The notes under the pieces: model-generated | What the model saw: the letters and a program-made list of their open reading frames with translations, nothing else | What the model was told of the DNA's origin: nothing | Databases searched by the model: none | Program-made: the position numbers and the translations under genes | NCBI GenBank assembly: GCA_038831915.1 | Contig: JAWBKB010000013.1 | Location: 1 to 48,464 of the forward strand | Source: Candidatus Caldarchaeum sp. | GTDB lineage: Archaea > Thermoproteota > Nitrososphaeria_A > Caldarchaeales > Caldarchaeaceae | DNA: 48,464 nt | Reading direction: 5' to 3' | Part shown: piece by piece, positions 29,781 to 39,300 of the stretch | How the letters are laid out: the number at the start of each line of letters is the position of its first letter | How positions within the stretch are numbered: the stretch's first letter is position 1

Positions 29781-30664
29781 TACACGTAATGTGGCTTCCT
29801 ATCAGTCTTAAAGGTTATGCGGCTGCTCGTCCTTAGTGCGAAGAACCCTATGGTGGCCAACGTCGCTGCTCCGATGAGTCCAAACATGGCCACGCGTTCT
29901 GTCTGTTGGTTAGCTGGTGCAGATACGTTTTCCGACTCTGATATTGAGGATGCGGAGGGTCTTGAGGAAAAGGCTGAAAACGCGGCTATCTGTGCCGCTA
30001 GCGAGAGGTCGCCTATTGCTGATGCAAGCATGGCAGCGAAACTCGTTGAAACAGGGTTTCCGTCAGAATCTTGCCTGAATTGAGTTAGGTCTACGTTGCT
30101 GTCCACAAGCTGCAGCCGAACACTGACTTCCCCGCGGCTAGAAGACATGGTTAATGCCAAGCCGTATAACGCGTTTGAACCTGAAATCGTTTCGGCCCTG
30201 CCAGATGTAGTAAGGGACTCTTGCCTCAACTTGACCATAGCATCAAACACGTATTCATCGGTTGCATAGTTGAAGCCGCCGACCGTTCGCTGATTCTGGC
30301 CAATCTTAACAATTGACATAGCATAGCTCACGTTCCCCCCATCCCTGACAATTCTGTATTCCCCTTCAATTCTGGAAAAGTCAAACATGGGTGGCGCGAA
30401 AGCTGTTTGGGGCAATCTTTTTTCAAACATGGCTGAACCATCGGGGAAGGTCGCTTCATACCGAAGCTTCGAAAACCCTTCATCCAAAACATTCACAACC
30501 GTAACCGTTAAATCACCACCGACAACTTTGCCGTCAACTCCAACTAATTGGTAACTATATTTGATGAATGAGCCTGCGGAAAACTGAGCTGACACCGTTC
30601 CAAACAGCCCAGCAAGCAGAACAACCGTCAGACCAAATGCCGCACACAACCGAAACCAATTCAT
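29780..30664 (-). CDS. Hypothetical exported protein with signal peptide and C-terminal membrane anchor
   Basis: Signal-like N-terminus ending VSA-Q, beta-rich body, Ser-rich linker, C-terminal TM and basic tail. Its stop overlaps the ABC ATPase start. Confidence 0.7.
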   Translation of the reverse strand: MNWFRLCAAFGLTVVLLAGLFGTVSAQFSAGSFIKYSYQLVGVDGKVVGGDLTVTVVNVLDEGFSKLRYEATFPDGSAMFEKRLPQTAFAPPMFDFSRIEGEYRIVRDGGNVSYAMSIVKIGQNQRTVGGFNYATDEYVFDAMVKLRQESLTTSGRAETISGSNALYGLALTMSSSRGEVSVRLQLVDSNVDLTQFRQDSDGNPVSTSFAAMLASAIGDLSLAAQIAAFSAFSSRPSASSISESENVSAPANQQTERVAMFGLIGAATLATIGFFALRTSSRITFKTDRKPHYV

Positions 30665-30750
30665 ACCTTTTACCTACACGACACCCTATATAAACCCAAT
30701 TCAACTTCTAAACATTTTATATCGTGACGTTCGAAACAAAATTGTTTAGC

Positions 30751-32151
30751 ATGGATGCGAAAGAGCTTGAAAAGTTGAGGAGCGAAGCTCGCGACCTCGC
30801 AGTGGAAATGATTAGACTTCTTGCTGAACGGAGGAACGTGGTAAAACGAATCGCTGAGATCAAGAAATCTCTGGGAGCACCAGCTTATCAGCCCTCCGTA
30901 GAGGCGAACGTAAGAAAAGCCATGGTCGAAGAAGCGTTAAAACTTGGTGTTCCGGTTGAAACTGTTCAACGACTGGCGACCGTCCTTTTTTCAGACGCGG
31001 TTGAAATGCAGTCGAAGCCGAGAACCACGCTGACTCATTTTGACATCATGAGGAGGGCGGTGGAGCTTCAAAGAGCTGGCTACGAGGTTCAAAGGCTTGA
31101 AGTCGGTGAACCGGATTTGGGAGCTCCAACGGAAGTGAGACAATCAGTTGCCGAAGCTGTTCTAGAGGGATATGCAAGGTACGTTGAATCAAAAGGCATC
31201 TATGAACTCCGTTCAGCAATAGCGAAACACGTCCATGAAAAATATGGAGTATCGATAAATCCCGACAATGTAGTAATCACTCCAGGGGGAAGGTTCGCCA
31301 TCTATCTCGCCGTAAAAACGCTATTACGGGAAGGTGACGAAATAATTGTGATCGACCCGTCGTGGCCCATGTACCGACAAGTCTCCAGCTTCGTCGGCGC
31401 ACGGTCCGTGCATGTAAAAACCAGCCTCGAAAACGGTTGGACTCCTCAAATCGAAGACATAGAAAACGCGATCACGCCTGCAACTAAGGCCATCATACTT
31501 AACTACCCAAACAACCCAACTGGAAAAATCTTAGACCGAAAAACTTTCACGAAAATTGTACAACTAGCTGAGAACAGGAATTTGACGGTGATAAGCGATG
31601 AAGTCTACGCCGACTACGTCAGAGATACACACGTTAGTGTTTTCGACGGAGTTGACAAAGTCCAGCATGTTCTCATCCAGTCGTTCTCAAAAAGCTATGG
31701 TATGACTGGTTATCGGCTGGGCTTCGTTGTCGCATCAGAAGAGATGGTCTCGAGGATGAGTTCGATCATGGCTTTGTTGATCACGTGTGTCCCTGAATTT
31801 ATTCAGCGTGGCGGATTGACAGCGTTGAACCTTAAACAAACACCGAAACACTATGCGGAAATCATGATGCGGAGAATGGATATTGCGGTTAAGGAGTTGG
31901 AAAAGCTTGGCTTTGAGTTCTATAGGCCCGACGGCGGAATGTATGTTTTCCCGAAAATCTGTATAGAGAACGTTGATGGAATGGAGATGGCTTTTGAACT
32001 TCTCGAGGCGAAAGGCGTCGCTGTCGCGCCAGGGTCAATTTTCGGCGGTTACCATGAATTTGTAAGAATTTCATTGGGCGCGCCCGAACAGTCAATCGCG
32101 AAAGGAATCAGACTTCTAGGAGAGTTTCTCACGGAGAAGGGAAGAAAGTAG
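30751..32151 (+). CDS. Chorismate mutase (AroQ-type)-class I/II aminotransferase fusion
   Basis: N-terminal LEKLRSE...LLAERR...IAEIKK mutase-like domain, then GEPD, NYPNNPTG, SDEVY and SFSKSYGMTGYRLG. Confidence 0.88.
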   Translation: MDAKELEKLRSEARDLAVEMIRLLAERRNVVKRIAEIKKSLGAPAYQPSVEANVRKAMVEEALKLGVPVETVQRLATVLFSDAVEMQSKPRTTLTHFDIMRRAVELQRAGYEVQRLEVGEPDLGAPTEVRQSVAEAVLEGYARYVESKGIYELRSAIAKHVHEKYGVSINPDNVVITPGGRFAIYLAVKTLLREGDEIIVIDPSWPMYRQVSSFVGARSVHVKTSLENGWTPQIEDIENAITPATKAIILNYPNNPTGKILDRKTFTKIVQLAENRNLTVISDEVYADYVRDTHVSVFDGVDKVQHVLIQSFSKSYGMTGYRLGFVVASEEMVSRMSSIMALLITCVPEFIQRGGLTALNLKQTPKHYAEIMMRRMDIAVKELEKLGFEFYRPDGGMYVFPKICIENVDGMEMAFELLEAKGVAVAPGSIFGGYHEFVRISLGAPEQSIAKGIRLLGEFLTEKGRK

Positions 32152-32990
32152 TGGCTGTGCCGAAGGCCGCGGTGATAGGAGCGGGACCCATGGGACGTTG
32201 GTTGGCCAGACATCTTACTAGCATGGGATACCAGGTCAAGATGTTTGACAAGAACACGAAACTGCTGAAAGAACTCGCGGTCGGGAGGAAAATTTCGCCA
32301 GCTAACTCTCTAGACGAAGCAATAAGGGATTCTCAAATCGTGGCGCTGGCTGTGGGAGCCAGGAACGCCGCTAGATTGATTAAGCAAATTATTCCTCGTA
32401 TAACTGGGAAAACTCTAGTCGATGTTTCCTCGGTTAAAACTCCAGTTGTGAATGCCTTGAAGCAAACGGACGTTAAGAACAACCTGATACTATTGGTTCA
32501 TCCATTGTTTGGTCCTGCAGCTCGGCATCTTGAAGATAAGACAGTCCTGCTGGCTGTGTACAAAAATAGACGGGCCGAGTATAGAACTTGTAAAGAGCTG
32601 TTTTCGCCATCCCGTATTCAGATAATGTCGCCGAAAGAGCATGATTTGAAAATGGCTGCTGCGATGGCTTTGACAAGGATTTTGTTGTTGACGATGTTTG
32701 ATATTTGGCGAAAGAAAAGTGTTGAAAACCTTGTGTTCAGCCAGAAAGCTCTTCGCCTGGCCGCGAGCACGATCCTAACTGAAAGTTCATCGCTAATTTC
32801 TGAGATTGTGACCGACAACCCGTACACAACCAGGATTCTTCGAGAAACATTGAGAAAAATTCAATCCGTGAAAATGAACCCGGCCAGAGCTTTGGAAGCA
32901 ATTCGCGAAGAGTCTCCGAAGCCTGTGCTGACAGAAAGTTATACAGAAATTTACCGACTCTTGGAGAAGCTTGAAGCGAAAAACAAATAA
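32151..32990 (+). CDS. tyrA: Prephenate/arogenate dehydrogenase
   Basis: GAGPMG Rossmann motif, DVSSVK, HPLFGP and EHD..MA; coupled to the mutase fusion. Confidence 0.85.
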   Translation: MAVPKAAVIGAGPMGRWLARHLTSMGYQVKMFDKNTKLLKELAVGRKISPANSLDEAIRDSQIVALAVGARNAARLIKQIIPRITGKTLVDVSSVKTPVVNALKQTDVKNNLILLVHPLFGPAARHLEDKTVLLAVYKNRRAEYRTCKELFSPSRIQIMSPKEHDLKMAAAMALTRILLLTMFDIWRKKSVENLVFSQKALRLAASTILTESSSLISEIVTDNPYTTRILRETLRKIQSVKMNPARALEAIREESPKPVLTESYTEIYRLLEKLEAKNK

Positions 32991-32997
32991 CCTTTCC

Positions 32998-33543
32998 ATG
33001 AGCATGAGGTTCGTGAATGTTGTGGATGCTCTGAAGCTTATCTACTCAAAAAGGGAAACCCGGGATTTTATCGATAAACCCTTACCCGGAGAAGTCGTTT
33101 TGAAAATTCTAGAAGCCGGCAGGCTTGCTGGAAGCGCTAAAAACAGGCAGCCCTGGCATTTCATCCTCATTCGCGACAAAAAGAATCTCGAACAACTAGC
33201 CTCATATGGATTTTTTGCACAACATCTTCCGAACGCATCTTTCGCCGTAGTCATAGCGGTGCCAGACACTTATGAGCAGGACCGTTTCGACGCGGGCAGA
33301 GCCGCTCAAAACATGATGCTCGCCGCACATGTGTTAGGCGTCGGCTCTTGCCCGATAACTCTGCACCGCCACGAAGAAGCCAAAAAATTCCTCAACATCC
33401 CCGGTGAACTAAAAATAGTCATATGTCTCGCGTTCGGCTATCCGGCACAAATCCGTAGGAAAGGCACCGTAATCAGGAAACAATTGCTCGAAATGCTTCA
33501 CACTGAAAAATATGGTCAAAAACCAGAAGAATTAACTTTTTAG
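32998..33543 (+). CDS. Nitroreductase-family protein
   Basis: LEAGRLAGSAKNRQPWHF and DAGRAAQNMMLAA...GVGSC. Exact start uncertain. Confidence 0.88.
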   Translation: MSMRFVNVVDALKLIYSKRETRDFIDKPLPGEVVLKILEAGRLAGSAKNRQPWHFILIRDKKNLEQLASYGFFAQHLPNASFAVVIAVPDTYEQDRFDAGRAAQNMMLAAHVLGVGSCPITLHRHEEAKKFLNIPGELKIVICLAFGYPAQIRRKGTVIRKQLLEMLHTEKYGQKPEELTF

Positions 33544-33576
33544 ACGCCGGTACAGCAACAAAATTGGGGAGCTGGA

Positions 33577-33659
33577 GCCGGGGTCCCCAAGCCTGGTATG
33601 GGGCTGGTCTGCTAAACCAGTGGCCTTTGGCCGCGCGGGTTCAAATCCCGCCCCCGGCG
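33577..33659 (+). tRNA. trnS: tRNA-Ser(GCT), no intron
   Basis: GCCGGGG/CCCCGGC acceptor stem, CTGGT-CT GCT AA-ACCAG anticodon arm, long variable arm GGCC TTT GGCC, TTCAAAT T-loop and G73. Confidence 0.93.
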
Positions 33660-33734
33660 CATCACAACCACATGAAAACTCCTTTACAACCCCACAGCGT
33701 TGAAAACCAATGTTGGGAATTTTTTTCGAGTGCG

Positions 33735-34520
33735 TTAGAAAAGGCCGATTCCTTTCTTTACACGGAAGCTTTCGAGAAGATACACTATTATCGAGCCGAC
33801 GACTATCACGATGGCGGATGCAGCTGTTATCACAGGGACATTTGCTGGATGGCGGAGGGATCCCCAAACCCATATGGGGAACGTTGTTTGCGTACCGATG
33901 GTGAAGAAGGTGACGGTGAAGTTGTCGAATGACCAGAGGAAAGTTATCAAGGCCGCGACAGCAACCGACGGATAAATGAGAGGAAAAGTAACGTAGAGAA
34001 ATGTCGTCAATTCGTTTGCACCCAAATCCATGCTTGCTTTTTCATAATTCGGGCTTAGAATTATCAATCGAGACACCAGTATTAGGACGACGAGCGGAAT
34101 GCTATAGATGACGTGGCTAAGAACAGCCGTGTACATCGAAAGCGCTAATCCGATTATGTGGAAGAAGACGAGGCAGGAGACACCGATGACGAGCCATGGA
34201 ACAATAAACGGTATTATTACAAAGCCAGAGAAAAGTGTCTTACGGTGTAGTTTGACAAATGCAAAAGCCCCGGGAATTCCTATTGCCGTGGATAATGTGG
34301 ATGTAGCCGTTGCGATGATTACCGAATTGAGAATACTTCCCAAAAACGTGGGATCTTGAAAAAGCTGTTCGTACCACCTCAGGGTGAAGCCTTTGAAAGG
34401 TAGGATGAAGTAGATTCCATCGTTAAAGGAAAAAAGGATAATCAACACTAGCGGTAAGTAGACGAGGAAGAATATCGTGGTGAAAGTGAACATCCCGAGT
34501 AACATTTTGAGAGCATTCAT
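33735..34520 (-). CDS. potC: Polyamine ABC transporter permease PotC-like
   Basis: FLVYLPL..IILFSFN, GFTLRWY, EKASMDLGA and SFDNF. ATG 34520 overlaps the potB stop. Confidence 0.88.
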   Translation of the reverse strand: MNALKMLLGMFTFTTIFFLVYLPLVLIILFSFNDGIYFILPFKGFTLRWYEQLFQDPTFLGSILNSVIIATATSTLSTAIGIPGAFAFVKLHRKTLFSGFVIIPFIVPWLVIGVSCLVFFHIIGLALSMYTAVLSHVIYSIPLVVLILVSRLIILSPNYEKASMDLGANELTTFLYVTFPLIYPSVAVAALITFLWSFDNFTVTFFTIGTQTTFPIWVWGSLRHPANVPVITAASAIVIVVGSIIVYLLESFRVKKGIGLF

Positions 34521-35389
34521 CTGTAGATCATCTCGACTCGCAGAAACTTGAACAGAACGAGTATCATTGACAGCGTAGTTACAAACAATATTACGGTGGT
34601 GGCGGATGCGAAAGCCCAATCGTTGATGACGAGGAAATTCCTTGTAATCAGGTTGCCGAGAAGATAGGTTTTGCCGCCCACGAGTGCCGGAATGGCGAAC
34701 TCACCCATCATCGGTATAAAGACAAAGAGAAACGATATTGCGATCCCCGGCAAGCTGATCGGAAAAGTGACGCGGAGGAAAACACTAATTGGATTTGAGC
34801 CCAGATCCATGGCTGCGTTGAGAATGTTTTTGGGGATGTTGTGAAGCACGATGTAAATGGGGATTATCGCGTAGGGGAGGCTATTGTGAAGAACAACGAT
34901 TATAACAGCGTAGATGTTATGGAAGAGGAATACCACGGGTTGGGAAACTAAACCACTGGATATCAGGACCGCGTTTATGAAGCCGTTTTCGCCCAAAACG
35001 TTACGCCAAGCAAACGCTCTGATCAGATAATTCATTTCAAGTGGGATGACAATTAAGAGAATTATCCTTAGGCTCCAATGGGGAGGAACTATGCGTGCGA
35101 GAAAATAAGCTATGGGATAGGCAACCAGAATCACCACCAAAAAGATCACGGCCGAAATAAACAAAGTGTTCAAAAAAACGTTGACGGCTATCTCATCGGT
35201 TAAAAACCGAACGTAATTGTCTAGTGTGAATGATGGCGATGACCCAGCGGATAATCCGCCGCGGAAAAAGCTGTACATAATGATGATTGTTATAGGCGCG
35301 TAGAAGAACACTAGCAAATACGCTATTGATGGAACAGCGTATAGAAAGCTCATCAGCTTAAAGTAGCTCGGTCTTCTTAACGTGAACAA
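34517..35389 (-). CDS. potB: Polyamine ABC transporter permease PotB-like
   Basis: FTLDNY, AYPIAY, IRAFAW, GFIN, AAMDLG and PALVGG. Confidence 0.88.
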   Translation of the reverse strand: MFTLRRPSYFKLMSFLYAVPSIAYLLVFFYAPITIIIMYSFFRGGLSAGSSPSFTLDNYVRFLTDEIAVNVFLNTLFISAVIFLVVILVAYPIAYFLARIVPPHWSLRIILLIVIPLEMNYLIRAFAWRNVLGENGFINAVLISSGLVSQPVVFLFHNIYAVIIVVLHNSLPYAIIPIYIVLHNIPKNILNAAMDLGSNPISVFLRVTFPISLPGIAISFLFVFIPMMGEFAIPALVGGKTYLLGNLITRNFLVINDWAFASATTVILFVTTLSMILVLFKFLRVEMIYR

Positions 35390-36456
35390 TCTTGTATCAC
35401 AACTGGGTCCGTGCTATTCCAGTAGATGTAAACGGTTTCGCCCACGTTATAGGTGTCATCGAATGTTCGGACAACAAACCATTTCGAAGCTGTCTCAATC
35501 TTGAGATCGGTGAGAGGGCCTTTGTAGATGACTTCAGTGACTTTTCCTTTAGCGACGTTGTGTTGAATGTTTGGGGGTTGTCGAGAGATTTTGATTTTTT
35601 CGGGCCTTATCATTACTAGGACACGGTCGCCGACGGCGGGGGACTCGCTGCAGGGATTGTTGATCTCCATCTGTATTTCATGATGGGAGGCGGTCAGTAG
35701 GCCGTTGTGAATTGATTCTACGCGGCATTCGGTTAAATTTGTTTCGCCCAAAAATTCCGCAACGAATTTTGTTTTTGGTCTTTCGTAAATTTCACGGATG
35801 GGGCCAATTTCCTGTATACGTCCATCCTTGACGATGACAACAGTATCAGACATCACCATGGCCTCTTCGTGGTCGTGCGTTACGTAAATCCAAGTTGAGT
35901 TGAGTTCCCTCTGAATTTTCCTCAGCTCAAGCTGCATCTCTCTCCTAAGCTTGAGGTCTAACGGTCCAAGTGGCTCATCCAGCAAAAGTATTTCCGGTTC
36001 GATCACAAGGGATCGTGCGAGCGCAACCCTTTGTTGCTGTCCACCACTGAGTTGAGAAATTCTTCTGTTTAATAGTCCTTCTATATGCAACAACTCCGCT
36101 ATCCTTAGAATCCTCTCTCTGATTTCCTCTTTCGAAATTTTTCTTATTTTGAGCCCGTAAGCGATGTTATCGTAAACATTGAGATGCGGGAAAAGCGCCA
36201 AATCTTGAAACACCATACTTGTCGGCCTGCGGTAAGGCGGCAATCCATTGATAAGCTGTTCATTGATGTAGATTTCACCCTTTGTCGGGTCCTCAAACCC
36301 TCCGACGATTTTCAACAGTGTGCTTTTCCCGCTACCACTGGGCCCCAAAACGGTTAAAAATTCACCTCGGCGGACTGTGAGATTGATATCTGCCAGTGCG
36401 ACCACTTGATTATAATGTTTGCATACGTCGATGAGAGTGAGGGCGTAATCTGTCAT
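35377..36456 (-). CDS. potA: Polyamine ABC transporter ATPase PotA-like
   Basis: GPSGSGKST, PPYRRP..MVFQ.LALFPHL, LSGGQQQRVALAR and TOBE tail. ATG 36456. Confidence 0.9.
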   Translation of the reverse strand: MTDYALTLIDVCKHYNQVVALADINLTVRRGEFLTVLGPSGSGKSTLLKIVGGFEDPTKGEIYINEQLINGLPPYRRPTSMVFQDLALFPHLNVYDNIAYGLKIRKISKEEIRERILRIAELLHIEGLLNRRISQLSGGQQQRVALARSLVIEPEILLLDEPLGPLDLKLRREMQLELRKIQRELNSTWIYVTHDHEEAMVMSDTVVIVKDGRIQEIGPIREIYERPKTKFVAEFLGETNLTECRVESIHNGLLTASHHEIQMEINNPCSESPAVGDRVLVMIRPEKIKISRQPPNIQHNVAKGKVTEVIYKGPLTDLKIETASKWFVVRTFDDTYNVGETVYIYWNSTDPVVIQDCSR

Positions 36457-36458
36457 GA

Positions 36459-37568
36459 CTATCCTGCTATTATTTCCTCCCAGGTTTTTAACCATTCTTG
36501 GAGATTCGGCGGGTCGGTTAACGGATACACTTTGGAGAAAGCAGCGGGTCCCACCACGCCAGTTTCCTCGAACCATTCTTTAGGCAAGCGGTTAAATACT
36601 TTTTGATTCACAGGTCCGTATAGCCACTCCTTCGCATAGTATTCCTGTGGCCCTTCCGATAGGAAATAATCGATATAGGTGTAGATCGCGTCGAGGTTTT
36701 TCGCGGTTCTCAGAATGCTAAATCCACAGACCCATCCAAGGCCCTTATCTTCTGGCATTACGAATTCTGCGTCAACATTTTCCTTCCTCAGCCAAGCAGC
36801 TTGAGCGGGGCCGCTGCCCGCCAAAATCCATGCATCACCCGAAGCCATCAATTCTCGAGCCTCCAAGTCACTAGAATAAAACTTTAGAATGACTTCTTTG
36901 TTCTGTCGGTAAAATTCCTTGATGCGCCGCAGATCTTCTGAAGACAATTTCCAAGGGTCATCGTAACCGAGAGCCCATGCACCCATAACGATACCAAGAC
37001 GTGGATCATTCAAAATAATCACCCGCCCCTTGTATTCAGGTCTGAAAATGTCAGACCATTTGTTTATCGCTGCCACTTTGTCTTTTCTATACGTAACGCC
37101 TGCCTCCACACCGAATGTTTCCGGGACGAGGTAGAGTTTTCCATCGCGGTACAATGATGGGAATTCCCTGATTTCCCCAAAGATGTTCGGCCAGTTGCTC
37201 AACCGTGATGAATCAATTGGCACAATTAGATTGTTTTCAATTAATCGCGGTACGAAGTCAACGCAGGGTGTTACAACGTCCGCAGTGAACCCGCCGCGAA
37301 GCTTCGCGAACATTTCAGGCTGTGATGTGAATATGCTGCTTTCGATGACAATGTTCGGGTATTTTTCCTTGAATGGGTCTAGGACTTCACGTACGGTGTA
37401 GTCCTCCCACACAAGCGCGACGATCTTCAGCAGCGTCTGAGGCTCACTGCTGTCCTGACGAATGAGCGGCGAAAAAAGCATTACAAACCCGATGACAACT
37501 ACTATTGCTGCCACGACAACTCCGAGCAAAAGCTTAGAACGCGCAGATTTGGAGCTCCTCCACAACAT
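36459..37568 (-). CDS. potD: Polyamine ABC transporter substrate-binding protein PotD/PotF-like
   Basis: N-terminal TM anchor, WEDY, EMFAKL.GG..DVVTP, IDSSRLSNW and WSDIF.PEYKGR. Confidence 0.85.
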   Translation of the reverse strand: MLWRSSKSARSKLLLGVVVAAIVVVIGFVMLFSPLIRQDSSEPQTLLKIVALVWEDYTVREVLDPFKEKYPNIVIESSIFTSQPEMFAKLRGGFTADVVTPCVDFVPRLIENNLIVPIDSSRLSNWPNIFGEIREFPSLYRDGKLYLVPETFGVEAGVTYRKDKVAAINKWSDIFRPEYKGRVIILNDPRLGIVMGAWALGYDDPWKLSSEDLRRIKEFYRQNKEVILKFYSSDLEARELMASGDAWILAGSGPAQAAWLRKENVDAEFVMPEDKGLGWVCGFSILRTAKNLDAIYTYIDYFLSEGPQEYYAKEWLYGPVNQKVFNRLPKEWFEETGVVGPAAFSKVYPLTDPPNLQEWLKTWEEIIAG

Positions 37569-37754
37569 CCCACCTTATATTTCTATATAACTTATCGTGA
37601 GGTATATAAAATTTTGGGATTTGTGCTTCGCGTTGTCCGGAGAGTAAAAATGAGCTGGAAAAGCGACTCGGCATCTTCAGGTCCAAGTATTGAATTGTAG
37701 CTGTAGCGTGTCCCGACGCGTATGATGGTTCGTGGAAGCCTTTTCACTGATGTT

Positions 37755-39101
37755 TTATTTGTCCGTTTGCTTGATGCATTCCTCTATTACGTCCAATGCA
37801 GACAACAAATCTTGTTCATCGATCGTTAATGGTGGTTGGACACGAAGTATCCAGTCTCCGGAATCCATCAGAGGTATGACGCCCCTTTTAATCGCCGCCA
37901 TGTACACCTGTCTAGCAGACTCGGGGTTGCGTGTCTTCCTTTTCTTGTCTTTAACAAACTCTATTCCCAGCAAGAGGCCTCTTCCCCTCACATCGCCGAC
38001 TATGTCATATTCATCCGGCCATGACCGCACATACTTGAGCATCTTTTCACCGAGAACCGAGGTTCTTTCAACTATTTTGTATTTTTTGAATGCTCTAATA
38101 TTTGCAGCTGCAGCGAGGCAGCCCGCGGGATGTCCTCCGAAAGTCGTACCATACTCGACCGGCTCTGAACCCATAGCTTCTTCAGACCCGTAAACCGCTG
38201 CGATCGGGAATATGCCACCGCTTATCCCTTTCCCAAGCGGCATCAAGTCCACGTCAACATTATAATACTGCATTGCAAACCACTTGCCTGTCCTCCCGAA
38301 TCCGGTCATTACTTCATCCGCTATCAGGAACCAGTCATATTCTCGGGCCAGCCTGTGCAGACCATAGATAAAACTATCAGGAGGAATCCACACACCAGCT
38401 TCACAAGCTATCGGCTCAAATAACACAGCGGAAATTCTATCCGGAGAGGCTTGGTATCTCAAAACCCAATCTTCGATATAATCGATGATGAATTTCCCCC
38501 ATTCTTCATCTGTCATGTATTCTGGTTTCCGGTAGCAGTCTGGATAAGGCAATAAAATGGCCGAGTTACCGTACAAGTTCTCAAAGTAGCTCCTGGCGTC
38601 CGCTCCTTCAGGCCCATATCCCAAAGTGCCAGTGTAGTATCCATGATACTGGCCCAAAAAACTGATAATGTGTGGTCTTTTTTTGACCTTTACAGCGAAT
38701 TTCACCGCTGCATCTACTGCCCCGGTTCCTGACAGCTCCAAAGCCACTCTAGTGAGGTTTTTAGAAGGACTAATGCTGATAAGCTCCTCGATCAATTCGA
38801 ACATTGCCTTGTGAAGGTTAAGACTGTAAATCAAAAAACCATACTGTCTGAGCCCTTCAATCGCCGCATCCAAAACTTCTTTGTCAACGTTGCCAATGTT
38901 ATTAGTTGACCATTGACTTGTTAAATCAACGTACTTGTTTCCATCTACGTCATATAGAAACGCGCCTTCGGCCCTTTCTATAATCAGGTCAGCAACAATT
39001 GAATCAGGGTTCCAAAAAGATTTGGGTAAATGTTTCCGGACCTTTTCAAGATAGTAAGCTGTCTTCGCTGACTGCTGCTTCGTCATATGAGCCGCAGACA
39101 C
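37755..39101 (-). CDS. Class III PLP aminotransferase (GabT/putrescine/ornithine-type)
   Basis: DVDGNKYVD, FEPIACEAG, DEVMTGFGRTG, GKGISGG and TFGGHP. Confidence 0.92.
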   Translation of the reverse strand: MSAAHMTKQQSAKTAYYLEKVRKHLPKSFWNPDSIVADLIIERAEGAFLYDVDGNKYVDLTSQWSTNNIGNVDKEVLDAAIEGLRQYGFLIYSLNLHKAMFELIEELISISPSKNLTRVALELSGTGAVDAAVKFAVKVKKRPHIISFLGQYHGYYTGTLGYGPEGADARSYFENLYGNSAILLPYPDCYRKPEYMTDEEWGKFIIDYIEDWVLRYQASPDRISAVLFEPIACEAGVWIPPDSFIYGLHRLAREYDWFLIADEVMTGFGRTGKWFAMQYYNVDVDLMPLGKGISGGIFPIAAVYGSEEAMGSEPVEYGTTFGGHPAGCLAAAANIRAFKKYKIVERTSVLGEKMLKYVRSWPDEYDIVGDVRGRGLLLGIEFVKDKKRKTRNPESARQVYMAAIKRGVIPLMDSGDWILRVQPPLTIDEQDLLSALDVIEECIKQTDK

Positions 39102-39300
39102 TTACCATCTAAATAGTTTTTCGAGGTAAGCGAAGCTTAAATGTTCCGCTGTCGCTGGCGTTAAAATTTTATAAAAGGCTTTGAAATGACAAGTATCGGC
39201 GGTTTGATGGCATCCCGGGGGTTGGGATTCTGCATAACAAGTCTGAAAAGGAGGACCATCTTTGCTCCCTGAGCACCGCAAAATACCAACTAACGGGTGA

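Noticed and set aside
33532-33932. ORFs 33564-33932 (+) and 33532-33873 (-)
   Set aside because: They overlap tRNA-Ser and potC; shadow frames.
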